A DNA stretch of 63,076 bases, counting the filler, from Thermodesulfobacteriota bacterium (GTDB lineage Bacteria; DASVDK01): assembly GCA_036381125.1 (NCBI GenBank). It is 9 parts of 9 records of this genome, joined end to end, with 100 filler letters (N's around TTAATTAATTAA, not from the genome) between each part and the next. Parts side by side here need not be neighbours in the genome. Positions count along the whole stretch, not along the records: positions 47,336 to 54,246 come from DASVDK010000101.1; positions 54,347 to 59,216 come from DASVDK010000102.1; positions 59,317 to 63,076 come from DASVDK010000119.1; 6 more parts are not named here. One strand, given 5' to 3'. Position numbers and translations under genes: made by a program. Positions 50,324 through 59,340 of this stretch are shown piece after piece. Numbering within the stretch: position 1 is the first letter of the stretch; every line of letters starts with the position of its first letter. Below the pieces are notes generated by a model that did not search any database, had not been told where the DNA came from, and was given only the letters and a program-made list of their open reading frames with translations.

Positions 50324-50485
50324 GCGGGTCATGGTAGCCGAGCGTGAGGTTCCATGCCGGACGGACGTGCGCCCGCGTCCGGCGCCGGCCTGGCCGGCAG
50401 ACCGCCCGACTCCGGGCCTCCTTCTTGCTGCACGGGGCGCCGAGCGGCAACCCCGCGCATCCCTCGATTCGGTAAGGAGAGCTCC

Positions 50486-51742
50486 ATGGCACTCACGACG
50501 CTGGACCCCTGGCGCGAGAAGGGGATCCCGCTCGACAGGCAGATCCGCTCGTGGAAGCAGCGCGTCCGCTCCCCCTACGACAAGCGCGACGTCGACGCCT
50601 ACACGCGCACGCGCGTGATCCTCATGAACGGCATCGAGAACGAGGCGTGGTTCAACAGCCACCAGCTCTCCCGGTGCACGGACAACACGGAGCTGAAGTC
50701 CCTCGCGGCGGTCACCCGGATGGTCGAGCAGCAGCAGCAGACGACCATCAACTGGCTCAACCCCGCCGACCAGTCGGTGCTCGAGACCACGGTCGCCTAC
50801 GAGCAGGTCGCGATCGACCTCACCGCCTACCTGGCGCGCAACGAGCCCGACCCGTACGTGCGCGAGACGTTCAACTTCGGGCTCCTCGAGGACTTCGACC
50901 ACCTCTACCGGTACAGCGAGCTGCTCGACTACCTCGAGGAGATCGACCCCGACACGATCCTCCAGGGCAAGACCGAGGTCCTGCCCGGCCGGCCGACGAT
51001 CGACCACCACAACGACCCGATCGTGCGGCTCAGGAAGCACTACGAAAAGAACCGGGCGCTGCCGATCTCGAAGCTCCACATCCTCACGCTCATGTCGGCC
51101 GAGCAGCAGACGTACCTCTACTACAAGTCGCACGGCTTCGAGTACCCGCAGCGCATCGCCCGCGAGCTGTACGCCGAGATCGGCGAGGTCGAGGAGGAGC
51201 ACGTCACCCAGTACGAGTCGCTGCTCGACCCGAACGAGACGCCGCTCGAGCGGCAGGTCCTCCACGAGCTGATGGAGGTCTACAACTACATGCACTGCTA
51301 CGCGCAGGAGCCCGATCGGCGGATCAAGCAGATCTGGGAGGAGTTCCTGCACATGGAGCTGACGCACCTGCAGCTCTGGGGGCAGATGCTCCGGAAGCAC
51401 GAGGGGATCGAGCCGGAGGCGCTCTTCGGCCGCACGCTCACGGTGGACTTCTCCTTCGAGGAGAACAAGCCGTACGTGCGCGAGGTGCTCGAGCGGCAGC
51501 GCGACCTCAGGCTGGTCGACCGGGGCTTCGCGCACCGCGACGAGCTGCCGTCCGACTGGTCCTCGTACCGCTACCGCGAGGCGGTGCACGCGGGCGGCGT
51601 GCCGTCGGAGGAGATCGTCGACATCCAGGCCGAGCGCAACCTGCCGATCGAGCGGCCGGGGGACGAGCTACTCGCCCGGGCGAGGCGCGTGGCCCAGTCC
51701 ATCGAGCCGGACCAGCGACCCCGGCTCCTCATGAGGGCCTAG
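50486..51742 (+). CDS. Uncharacterised tandem ferritin-like protein (418 aa)
   Basis: AAGGAG RBS; helical and acidic; ExxH-type motifs EDFDH, EEEH and ELTH. Confidence 0.75.
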   Translation: MALTTLDPWREKGIPLDRQIRSWKQRVRSPYDKRDVDAYTRTRVILMNGIENEAWFNSHQLSRCTDNTELKSLAAVTRMVEQQQQTTINWLNPADQSVLETTVAYEQVAIDLTAYLARNEPDPYVRETFNFGLLEDFDHLYRYSELLDYLEEIDPDTILQGKTEVLPGRPTIDHHNDPIVRLRKHYEKNRALPISKLHILTLMSAEQQTYLYYKSHGFEYPQRIARELYAEIGEVEEEHVTQYESLLDPNETPLERQVLHELMEVYNYMHCYAQEPDRRIKQIWEEFLHMELTHLQLWGQMLRKHEGIEPEALFGRTLTVDFSFEENKPYVREVLERQRDLRLVDRGFAHRDELPSDWSSYRYREAVHAGGVPSEEIVDIQAERNLPIERPGDELLARARRVAQSIEPDQRPRLLMRA

Positions 51743-51816
51743 CAGCCGCCGGGCCCCCGGCCGGATGCCGTCCGGCGCTCCGGCCGGGGCGGCGGCGTTC
51801 CGCTCAGGAGGCGCGT

Positions 51817-52482
51817 ATGGAACGTCAGGTGCTCTTCGACAAGCTGTCCGAGTTCCTCATGGTCGAGCAGGGGGGGCTGCAGATCTACCGCGTCGCGGCC
51901 TCGCGCGCGCGCCGGCCCGACCTCAAGGCGCGCTACGAGGCGTTCGGCCGCCAGACGGACCGCCATCGCCAGTGGCTCGTCGGCGCGATCACGAGCCTGG
52001 GCGGCGACCCGAACTACGTGAGCCCGACGGCGCGCATCGCCCAGGCCAGGGCCGACGCCCTGCTCGGGACGGCGCTCCTCGCCGGGCCGCTCGCGCCCGA
52101 CGAGGTCGAGGCGAACGACCTGCAGAACGTCCTCCTGGCCGAGACGGTCGACCACGGCAACTGGCAGGTCCTCAAGCGCCTGGTGCGCAGCACCGGCGAC
52201 CTCGACGTCCGGCTCGCCCTCGAGGACGCCGTGCGCGAGGTCGAGGCCGAGGAGGACACCCACGTCGGCTGGGCGCGCGAGCGTTACGGCCAGCTCGCGC
52301 TCGAGATGATCGAGCGCGGCCCCGTGCCCTCGCCCGCGCGCTGGATGCACGCGATCTCGGGGCCGGTGCCGCCGATCGACCGCATCCACCCGTCGCCCGT
52401 CGACTCGGGGCTCCTCGGTCCGGCGTTGCAGGCCGCCTGGGGCGACACCCCGATCGCGCGCGACATGCGGCTCGCCGGGTGA
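51817..52482 (+). CDS. Ferritin-like domain protein
   Basis: AGGAGG RBS; EQGG..Y, TDRH, ETVDHGNW, EEDTH. Confidence 0.75.
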   Translation: MERQVLFDKLSEFLMVEQGGLQIYRVAASRARRPDLKARYEAFGRQTDRHRQWLVGAITSLGGDPNYVSPTARIAQARADALLGTALLAGPLAPDEVEANDLQNVLLAETVDHGNWQVLKRLVRSTGDLDVRLALEDAVREVEAEEDTHVGWARERYGQLALEMIERGPVPSPARWMHAISGPVPPIDRIHPSPVDSGLLGPALQAAWGDTPIARDMRLAG

Positions 52483-53375
52483 TCACGCTCGAGAACGGCC
52501 ACCTCGTCCTCACGATTCGGCCCGACCTCGGCGGCCGGATCGAGAACCTCGTCGATCGCCGCACGGGCCGCACGTGGCTCTGGCACCCCGACGTCTACGA
52601 GCCGGCGCCGAGGACGCTGCCGATCGGCGCGTCCTTCGACGACCACTGGACGGGTGGGCTCGACGAGGTCTTCCCCAACGACGCGGCCGGCCGGTTCGGG
52701 GGGCGCAACCTCGTGGACCACGGCGAGCTGTGGAGCCGGCCGTGGACGGTGCTCGAGACGTCGCCGTACCTGGTGACGATGCGACTGGCCTGCCGCACGG
52801 TGCCGGTCGTCGTCGAGAAGGCGATCGAGGTCGATCCCGACCGGCCGGAGGCCCGCCTGCACTACCGGCTCGATCACCGGGGCGACGCGCCCCTGCCGTT
52901 CCTCTTCAAGCTGCACGCGGCGGTGCGGGTGGCGGCCGGCGACCGGATCCTGCTGCCCCCGTGCACCGTGGAGCCGGTGACGCTCGACTTCAGCACCATC
53001 GTGGGCCGCGCCGAGCCGACCCCCTGGCCGATCGCGCACGACGCGGCGGGCGAGCCGGTCCGCCTCGATCTCGTCCCGCCGCGCGAGGCGAACGCGCAGG
53101 AGTTCCTCTACGCGAGCGGGCTCGGCGACGGGTTCTGCGGGGTCGAGGACGGGCGGGGCAACGGGGAACTCCTCTTCCGCTTCGACCTGGCGGCGTTCCC
53201 CTGCGTCTGGCTCTTCCAGAGCTACGGCCGGTGGCGCGGGCATTACGTCGTGGTCCTCGAGCCGGCGACGACGATGCCCTACGACCTCCACGAGGCGCTC
53301 GCGCGCGGGACCTGCGCGGTGCTCGAGCCCGGGGCGACGCGGGCGCTCGACGTCGCCGTCTCGCTCACCGCCTGA
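52479..53375 (+). CDS. Galactose mutarotase/aldose epimerase-like (DUF5107-like) protein
   Basis: LENGHL, PDLGGRI, GGLDEVFP, DHGELW, LEP; GTGA overlap. Confidence 0.75.
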   Translation: MITLENGHLVLTIRPDLGGRIENLVDRRTGRTWLWHPDVYEPAPRTLPIGASFDDHWTGGLDEVFPNDAAGRFGGRNLVDHGELWSRPWTVLETSPYLVTMRLACRTVPVVVEKAIEVDPDRPEARLHYRLDHRGDAPLPFLFKLHAAVRVAAGDRILLPPCTVEPVTLDFSTIVGRAEPTPWPIAHDAAGEPVRLDLVPPREANAQEFLYASGLGDGFCGVEDGRGNGELLFRFDLAAFPCVWLFQSYGRWRGHYVVVLEPATTMPYDLHEALARGTCAVLEPGATRALDVAVSLTA

Positions 53376-54246
53376 CGACGAGCCCGACGTCCCCCGACTT
53401 GTCGAGCACCTCGAGCGACGCGCCCTGCCGGCCGCGCCGGAAGCGCAGGTCGACCCGCCCCGGCCCGACGCGCAGGCCGATCACCTCCACCCAGTCGAGC
53501 CAGGGGGGCAGGTTCGGCGCGTCGAGGGAGACCGAGCGGCCGAGCGCGTCGATCTCGAGACCGAGGAGCGACCGCAAGAGCTCGAGCGGCGCGGCCGCGG
53601 CCCAGGCCTGCGGGGAGCAGGAGACCGGATAGCGGGTCGGGCCGAAGCCGGGCACGCGGTGGAAGCCGCAGAACAGCTCCGGCAGCCTGAAGTCCTCGAA
53701 GAAGAGGCTCGCCTCGAAGAGCGCGGTGGCGAGGGTCTCGAGGTGACCCGACTGCCCGTAGCGCTTGAGCCCCGCGCCGACGATGGCGTTGTCGTGCGGC
53801 CACACCGACCCGTTGTGGTAGGACATCGGGTTGTAGCGCACCTCGCGGTCCGCCAGCGTCCGGACGCCCCAGCCGCTGAACGACTCCGGCGAGAGGAGCC
53901 GCGCCCCGACGCGGGCCGCCCGCTCGGGCCGCGGCAGCCCGCAGTAGAGCAGGTGCCCCGCGTTGGAGGCGACGATCTGACAGGGGCGCTTGGCGCCGTC
54001 GAGCGCGATGGCGTACGTCCCCTCCTCCTCCCACCAGAAGGCCCGCTCCACCCGGTCGGCCAGGTCGGCCGCCTCCGTCTCGAGCCTCGCGGCGAGGCTC
54101 TCGTGGCCGAGGCGCGCCGAGAGGACGGCCATCCCGCGCTTGGCGGCGTAGACGTATCCCTGGACCTCGACCAGCGCGATCGGCGGCTCGGCGTCGCGGC
54201 CGCTCGCGTGGAAGATCGGGTCGCGCGAGTCCTTCCACCCCTGCTG
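53365..54246 (-). CDS. Amylo-alpha-1,6-glucosidase / glycogen debranching enzyme (5' truncated)
   Basis: QGWKDS, EVQGY, SNAGH, YNPMSYHNGSVWPHD, RLPELFCG, CSPQAWA. Confidence 0.92.
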   Translation of the reverse strand, partial: QQGWKDSRDPIFHASGRDAEPPIALVEVQGYVYAAKRGMAVLSARLGHESLAARLETEAADLADRVERAFWWEEEGTYAIALDGAKRPCQIVASNAGHLLYCGLPRPERAARVGARLLSPESFSGWGVRTLADREVRYNPMSYHNGSVWPHDNAIVGAGLKRYGQSGHLETLATALFEASLFFEDFRLPELFCGFHRVPGFGPTRYPVSCSPQAWAAAAPLELLRSLLGLEIDALGRSVSLDAPNLPPWLDWVEVIGLRVGPGRVDLRFRRGRQGASLEVLDKSGDVGLVVRR

Positions 54247-54346
54247 NNNNNNNNNNNNNNNNNNNNNNNNNNNNNNNNNNNNNNNNNNNNTTAATTAATT
54301 AANNNNNNNNNNNNNNNNNNNNNNNNNNNNNNNNNNNNNNNNNNNN
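54247..54346. other. Artificial contig linker
   Basis: 44 N + TTAATTAATTAA + 44 N. Confidence 0.99.
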
Positions 54347-54348
54347 TC

Positions 54349-54747
54349 GCCGACGCGCACGCCCGCGGCGAGGTCGACGCGAGGCTCGCGCCGACCGTGC
54401 TCGCGCGCGTCGGCCGGGCGGCCGACGGGTGGCCGCGCCGGCTGCCGCCGCAGCTCGCGGCGGGGCTCGCCGCGCTCACGAGGCAGACCGGCGGCGATGC
54501 CGCGGCGGTGGTCGCGCAGTTCGAGCGGGGCCGGAACAAGGCGGCCAAGAACCGGCTCGACGCGAACGACCCGGTCGTGCTCGCCCGCCTGGCGCAGGCC
54601 CAGGTGGAGGCACGCCTCTTCTCGGAGGCGCTCGAGATCTACTTCGAGATGGCGAAGGCCTACCCCGAGGTGCGCCAAGTCCAGGAGGCGCTCCAGGGGG
54701 TCTACGCGGCCGAGCAGGTAGCCGGCGGCGAGGTGAGGATCAACTGA
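54349..54747 (+). CDS. C-terminus of a helical, TPR-like hypothetical protein (5' truncated)
   Basis: Frame is open from the contig start; LARLAQAQ..RLFSEALEIY..MAKAYP pattern. Confidence 0.55.
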   Translation, partial: ADAHARGEVDARLAPTVLARVGRAADGWPRRLPPQLAAGLAALTRQTGGDAAAVVAQFERGRNKAAKNRLDANDPVVLARLAQAQVEARLFSEALEIYFEMAKAYPEVRQVQEALQGVYAAEQVAGGEVRIN

Positions 54748-54868
54748 GCGCGGCGGTCTGCGCGATGGGGCCGGCGCAGTGCGACGGACCGGTTGTCGCC
54801 TGGCGGCTCAGATGATCGCAACGAGCCGTCGGCAGCGTGATGGCTCAGAAGTCATGGAGGTCACTCCG

Positions 54869-56542
54869 ATGCGGAAGCGACTGGCGACCCTGCGCGGCCT
54901 CGTGGCGACCGCCGCGCTCCTCGCGACCGTCCCGGCCGCGACGGTGGCGGCCGGGGGGCACGAGGCGTGGGCCGCGACGCCCACGCCGGCCCCGAAGCAG
55001 ACCGTCACCCCCGTGGAGGCGGTCGACGGCGGCAGCCTCGCCTACGGCGAGTTCGGTCGGCCGTCGACGATCGACCCGATCACGAACAACGAGATGACCG
55101 CCCTCAGGCTGGTCGAGATGATGTTCAACGGTCTCGTGGCGATCAACGCGCGCCAGGAGATCGTCGCCGACCTGGCCGAGCGCTGGGACGTGGCCGACGG
55201 CGGCAAGCGCTACATCTTCGACCTCAGGCGCGACGTCGTCTGGCACGACGGCCAGCCGATGACCGCCGACGACGTCGTCTTCACGTTCCAGGTGATGACG
55301 AACCCGAAGACGGTCTCGTCCGCGCGCCTGCGCTACGAGTTCATCGAGGCCGTCAACCGGATGGACGACCATCGCGTCGAGGTCGTCCTCAAGCGGCCGA
55401 TCCTGAACGCCCTCGGCAAGCTGACGTTCAAGATCATCCCGAGGCACGCGCTCCAGGGGCGCGACTTCCTCACGCGCACCGACCCCTTCGTCCAGAACCC
55501 GATCGGCACCGGTCCCTACCGGCTCGTGCGGGTGACGGGCGACGGCGAGTACGTGCTCGCGGCGAACGAGCGGTACTACAAGGGCCGCCCGCACATCGAC
55601 ACGATCACCATGCGGCCCTTCGCCGACCAGAACATCATGACGCAGGCGCTGCTCTTCAACGCCCTCGACATGATCGTCCAGGTCTCGCCGAAGGACCTGC
55701 CGCAGATCGACGGCGACAGGCGCTTCGTCCTGACGCCCTACAACGCCCTGTCGTACTCCTTCTTCGCCTACAACCTCAAGCACCCGGTGCTGGCCGACCG
55801 GCGGGTCCGCCAGGCGATCACCTACGCGATCGACCGCGAGGAGATGCTCAAGGCGTTCTTCGGCGGCCGCGGCACGCTGATCTCGGGCCCCTTCGCGCCC
55901 GGGTCGTGGGCGTACAACCTCGACGTGCAGCCCTACCCGTTCGACGTCCAGAAGGCCCGGGCGCTCCTCGACGAGGCGGGCCTCCGGGACAACGACGGCG
56001 ACCGGATCGTCGAGAAGGACGGCGAGCCGGTCCGGCTCTCCCTCAAGGTCCCCATCGAGCGGGAGTCGGACAGCGTGAAGCGGGTCGTCCTCGCCTTCCA
56101 GAACTACCTCCGGGCGGTCGGCCTCGACGTCAAGGTGGAGTTCCGCGAGTGGCAGGCCTGGAAGGAGGACGTCTTCGGGCGGCAGGACTTCGACATCATC
56201 TTCGCCTCCTGGGTCTTCGACGACTCGGCCGACATCTCGACCCTCTTCCACTCGGGCGAGATCGGCCCCTGGCGCAACAACTTCATCGGGTACTCGAACC
56301 CCGAGGTGGACGCGCTCATCGTCGAGGCGAAGCTCACCCTCGACAAGGAGAAGCGGCGGAGCATCAACCAGAAGCTGCACGCGATACTGGCCGAGGAGCA
56401 GCCGTACACGTTCCTCTGGACGCTGACGAACTACGCGGCGAGCCACCGGAAGGTGCGGCGGCTCCAGATCCACCCCTACGCGTTCTTCACGTTCGTGGAC
56501 GACTGGTTCATCGCGGAGCAGGACCGCCGCAGCGCGAGGTAG
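54869..56542 (+). CDS. Family-5 ABC substrate-binding protein (OppA/AppA-like)
   Basis: GGAGGT RBS; signal peptide; DLAERW, WHDGQPMTADDVVFT, PIGTGPY, VRQAI. Confidence 0.92.
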   Translation: MRKRLATLRGLVATAALLATVPAATVAAGGHEAWAATPTPAPKQTVTPVEAVDGGSLAYGEFGRPSTIDPITNNEMTALRLVEMMFNGLVAINARQEIVADLAERWDVADGGKRYIFDLRRDVVWHDGQPMTADDVVFTFQVMTNPKTVSSARLRYEFIEAVNRMDDHRVEVVLKRPILNALGKLTFKIIPRHALQGRDFLTRTDPFVQNPIGTGPYRLVRVTGDGEYVLAANERYYKGRPHIDTITMRPFADQNIMTQALLFNALDMIVQVSPKDLPQIDGDRRFVLTPYNALSYSFFAYNLKHPVLADRRVRQAITYAIDREEMLKAFFGGRGTLISGPFAPGSWAYNLDVQPYPFDVQKARALLDEAGLRDNDGDRIVEKDGEPVRLSLKVPIERESDSVKRVVLAFQNYLRAVGLDVKVEFREWQAWKEDVFGRQDFDIIFASWVFDDSADISTLFHSGEIGPWRNNFIGYSNPEVDALIVEAKLTLDKEKRRSINQKLHAILAEEQPYTFLWTLTNYAASHRKVRRLQIHPYAFFTFVDDWFIAEQDRRSAR

Positions 56543-56551
56543 GGGCGGCCG

Positions 56552-58174
56552 GTGCGGCGAGTGCTGGGCGTGCTCGCGCGGGAGGGGGCGCTGACCCTCG
56601 GCCTCCTCCTCGGCGCGAGCCTCCTCGTCTTCGCCATCGTCCGCGCCGCCCCGGGCGACGCCGCGCAGGCGCTCGGGCTCGGCGACGGCCGGAGCGCGGG
56701 CGCCGGAGCCGTCGAGGAGTACCTGCGCTGGCTCGGCGGCGCGCTGCGGGGGGATTTCGGCGTGTCGTTCCGCACCGGCCGTCCGGTCTCCGACGAGATC
56801 CGGCGCGTCGGGGGCAACACCCTCGCGCTCGCGGTGGGCGCCCTCGCCGTGACGGTGTCGGTGGCCGCCCCGATCGGCGCCGCCGGCGCGCTCCGCCGGG
56901 GGGCGCCGGCGGTCCTGGCGACGCTCGCCGCGTACGCGCTCTCGGCGCTGCCCTCCTTCTTCGTCGGCTACCTCGCGATCTACGTCTTCACCCGGAAGCT
57001 CCAGGTCTTCCCCCTCGCCTTCGGGGGGGACGGCCGGATGCCCTGGCTCGCCTTCGTCCTCCCGATGCTCGTCCTCGGCGTGGCCAGCGGCGGGGTGGGG
57101 GAGGTCGTCCGCCACGTCCGCACCGCCCTCGAGCGCGTGCTCGCCGAGGACTACGTCCGCACCGCACGGGCCAAGGGGGCGCCCGTCTGGCGCCACGCGG
57201 CGGCCGAGGGGCTCGTCCTGCCGGTCACCGCGGCGCTCGCCGCGAAGGTCCCCTTCGTCCTCGGCGGCGCGGTGGTCGTGGAGCAGGTCTTCAATTGGCC
57301 GGGGCTCGGGCGTCTGGCCTGGCAGGCGGCGCTCGACCGCGACTACCCGGTGATCATGGGCCTCGCCCTCCTCGCCGCAGTGGTGGCGCGAGCCGCGGCG
57401 CTCGCCGCGTCGGTCGCGCAGGCGGCGCTCGCCCCCGGCGCCCGCCCCGGCACCGAGGTGGACCGGCCGCTCGCCGTCCGCGTGCCGTGGCCGCGACCGG
57501 CGCCCACCGCCGGTCGGACGGCGCTCGTCCTGGTCGCCGCGGCGCAGGCCGCGCTCACCGCCGGGTGCGCGACGGCACGGCCCGCGGGCGCGCCGCCCGC
57601 GCCGCCGGCGGTCCGGCCGGTCCAGGCGAGCGGCCCGCCCTCGATCACCGTGCGCCTGCCGGCCGGCTGGCGCACGCTCCAGGCCGACGAGCTGCGCGGG
57701 GTCTTTCCCCACCGCTCGGAGACGGCCGACACGGTGCTGGCGGCCGCCTCGGAAGAGGGGCGGTTCGTGGTGCTGGTGGCCGCGGACCCCAAGGCGTCGC
57801 TCGTCTCGTTCGCGCGGCGCGAGGGGCTCGCCGGGCTGCGCGACGCGCTCGACCTCCACGTGCCCGGCTTCGTGCAGGCGTTCCGCCGCGTCGACGCGAT
57901 CGAGGGAGGGCTCGCGGGCCGGCCGGCGCTCTACTACCGCTTCACCGGCGTCGCCGCCTCCGCCCCGCCGCGCGGCGTCGGCCGGTTCGCGATGGAGCTG
58001 ATCGTGGTGCCGGCCGAGCGGGCCGTCTACACGGTCTCCCTCCTCGACCTGACCGGCGACGCCCGGTTCGACGACCCGGCCCTGGAGGCGCTCAAGGCGT
58101 CCTTCGGGTGGGAGCCGGTCGCGACCGCGGTCACCGCGACGCGGGGGCCGGACGCCGGGGAGGGCGCGCCGTGA
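56552..58174 (+). CDS. OppB-like permease with an in-frame C-terminal lipoprotein-like extension
   Basis: GDFGVSF, EDYVRTARAKG, VEQVFNWPGLG, RDYPVI, then about 250 extra residues containing LTAGC. Confidence 0.8.
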   Translation: MRRVLGVLAREGALTLGLLLGASLLVFAIVRAAPGDAAQALGLGDGRSAGAGAVEEYLRWLGGALRGDFGVSFRTGRPVSDEIRRVGGNTLALAVGALAVTVSVAAPIGAAGALRRGAPAVLATLAAYALSALPSFFVGYLAIYVFTRKLQVFPLAFGGDGRMPWLAFVLPMLVLGVASGGVGEVVRHVRTALERVLAEDYVRTARAKGAPVWRHAAAEGLVLPVTAALAAKVPFVLGGAVVVEQVFNWPGLGRLAWQAALDRDYPVIMGLALLAAVVARAAALAASVAQAALAPGARPGTEVDRPLAVRVPWPRPAPTAGRTALVLVAAAQAALTAGCATARPAGAPPAPPAVRPVQASGPPSITVRLPAGWRTLQADELRGVFPHRSETADTVLAAASEEGRFVVLVAADPKASLVSFARREGLAGLRDALDLHVPGFVQAFRRVDAIEGGLAGRPALYYRFTGVAASAPPRGVGRFAMELIVVPAERAVYTVSLLDLTGDARFDDPALEALKASFGWEPVATAVTATRGPDAGEGAP

Positions 58175-59034
58175 GGCGCCGCTTCGAGGAGCGCGTCGGC
58201 GGGACCGGCCGGCGCGCCGCGGGCCTCGCCCCGGCGCTCGCCGGGGGCGCGGTGGTGCTCCTCCTCGCCCTCGCCGTGCCCGTGTCCCGCGGGCGGCTCT
58301 TCGGCCTCGACCCGGACGCGATGGACCTCGGCGCCATGCTGCTGCCGCCGCAGGCCGGGCACCTCCTCGGCACCGACGCCCTCGGCCGGGACGTCCTCGC
58401 CCGCGTCGTCGCCGGGGCCGAGGCGTCGCTCCTGCCGGGGCTCCTCGCCGTGTCGGTGGCGCTCGCACTCGGCGTGGCGGCCGGCGTGGCGGCCGGCTAC
58501 CTGGCGGGGTCGTGGGTCGAGCGCGTCGTCAACTTCGCGCTCCAGCTCGTCGACGCCGTCCCCCGCTTCGTCCTCTTCCTGGTCGTGGTGGCCGCCTTCA
58601 AGCCCTCCATCTTCGCGATCATGGCGGTCGCCGGCGTGACCGCGTCCCCCGGCGTCGCCTCGCACGTCGCCACCCGGGTGCGTCTCCTCGCGGCCAGGGG
58701 CCACGTGGAGGCGGCCAGGGCGCTCGGCCTCACGCGGCTCGCCATCGTCGGCCGCCACGTCCTCTGGAACCACTGCCGGCCGGTCGTCGCCATCCAGGCG
58801 TCGCTCCTCATGGGCGAGGCGGTGCTGATCGAGACCGCGCTGTCGTACCTCGGCTTCGGCGTCCAGGAGCCGGCCGCCTCGTGGGGGAACATGGTGGCGA
58901 TGGGCAAGGACCACTTCTTCGCGGGCGCGTTCCACCTCGCCGTGGCGCCGGCCGCGGCGATCGTGGTGGCGGTGATCGGCTTCCACCTCCTCGGCGACGG
59001 GCTCGCCCGGGCGTTCGAGCGGAGGCGGGCATGA
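58171..59034 (+). CDS. OppC-like ABC permease
   Basis: HLLGTDALGRD, VEAARALG, LSYLGFG, SWGNM, LLGDGL. Confidence 0.9.
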   Translation: MRRRFEERVGGTGRRAAGLAPALAGGAVVLLLALAVPVSRGRLFGLDPDAMDLGAMLLPPQAGHLLGTDALGRDVLARVVAGAEASLLPGLLAVSVALALGVAAGVAAGYLAGSWVERVVNFALQLVDAVPRFVLFLVVVAAFKPSIFAIMAVAGVTASPGVASHVATRVRLLAARGHVEAARALGLTRLAIVGRHVLWNHCRPVVAIQASLLMGEAVLIETALSYLGFGVQEPAASWGNMVAMGKDHFFAGAFHLAVAPAAAIVVAVIGFHLLGDGLARAFERRRA

Positions 59035-59216
59035 CGTTCGTCGACACGGCGAACCCGGCCGCCGGGGCCGCGCCCGCCGCGGGTCGCATCGCGACGCGAC
59101 GGCTCCTCGAGGTGCGCGGCCTGCGGACCTACTTCTGGCACCCGATGCGGCGCGCCTTCGTGCGGAGCGTCGACGGCGTCGACCTCGACATCGCCGCGGG
59201 CGAGACGCTCGGCGTC
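59031..59216 (+). CDS. OppD-like ABC ATPase (3' truncated)
   Basis: LLEVRGLRTYF, VDGVDLDIAAGETLGV; ATGA overlap. Confidence 0.85.
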
Positions 59217-59316
59217 NNNNNNNNNNNNNNNNNNNNNNNNNNNNNNNNNNNNNNNNNNNNTTAATTAATTAANNNNNNNNNNNNNNNNNNNNNNNNNNNN
59301 NNNNNNNNNNNNNNNN
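59217..59316. other. Artificial contig linker
   Basis: 44 N + TTAATTAATTAA + 44 N. Confidence 0.99.
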
Positions 59317-59340
59317 CGGGCGCCGGCCGGTCGGGCGCGA

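Noticed and set aside
50486..52482. Ferritin-like proteins as encapsulin cargo
   Set aside because: No encapsulin gene on the contig and no LxVGSL-like targeting peptide at either C-terminus.
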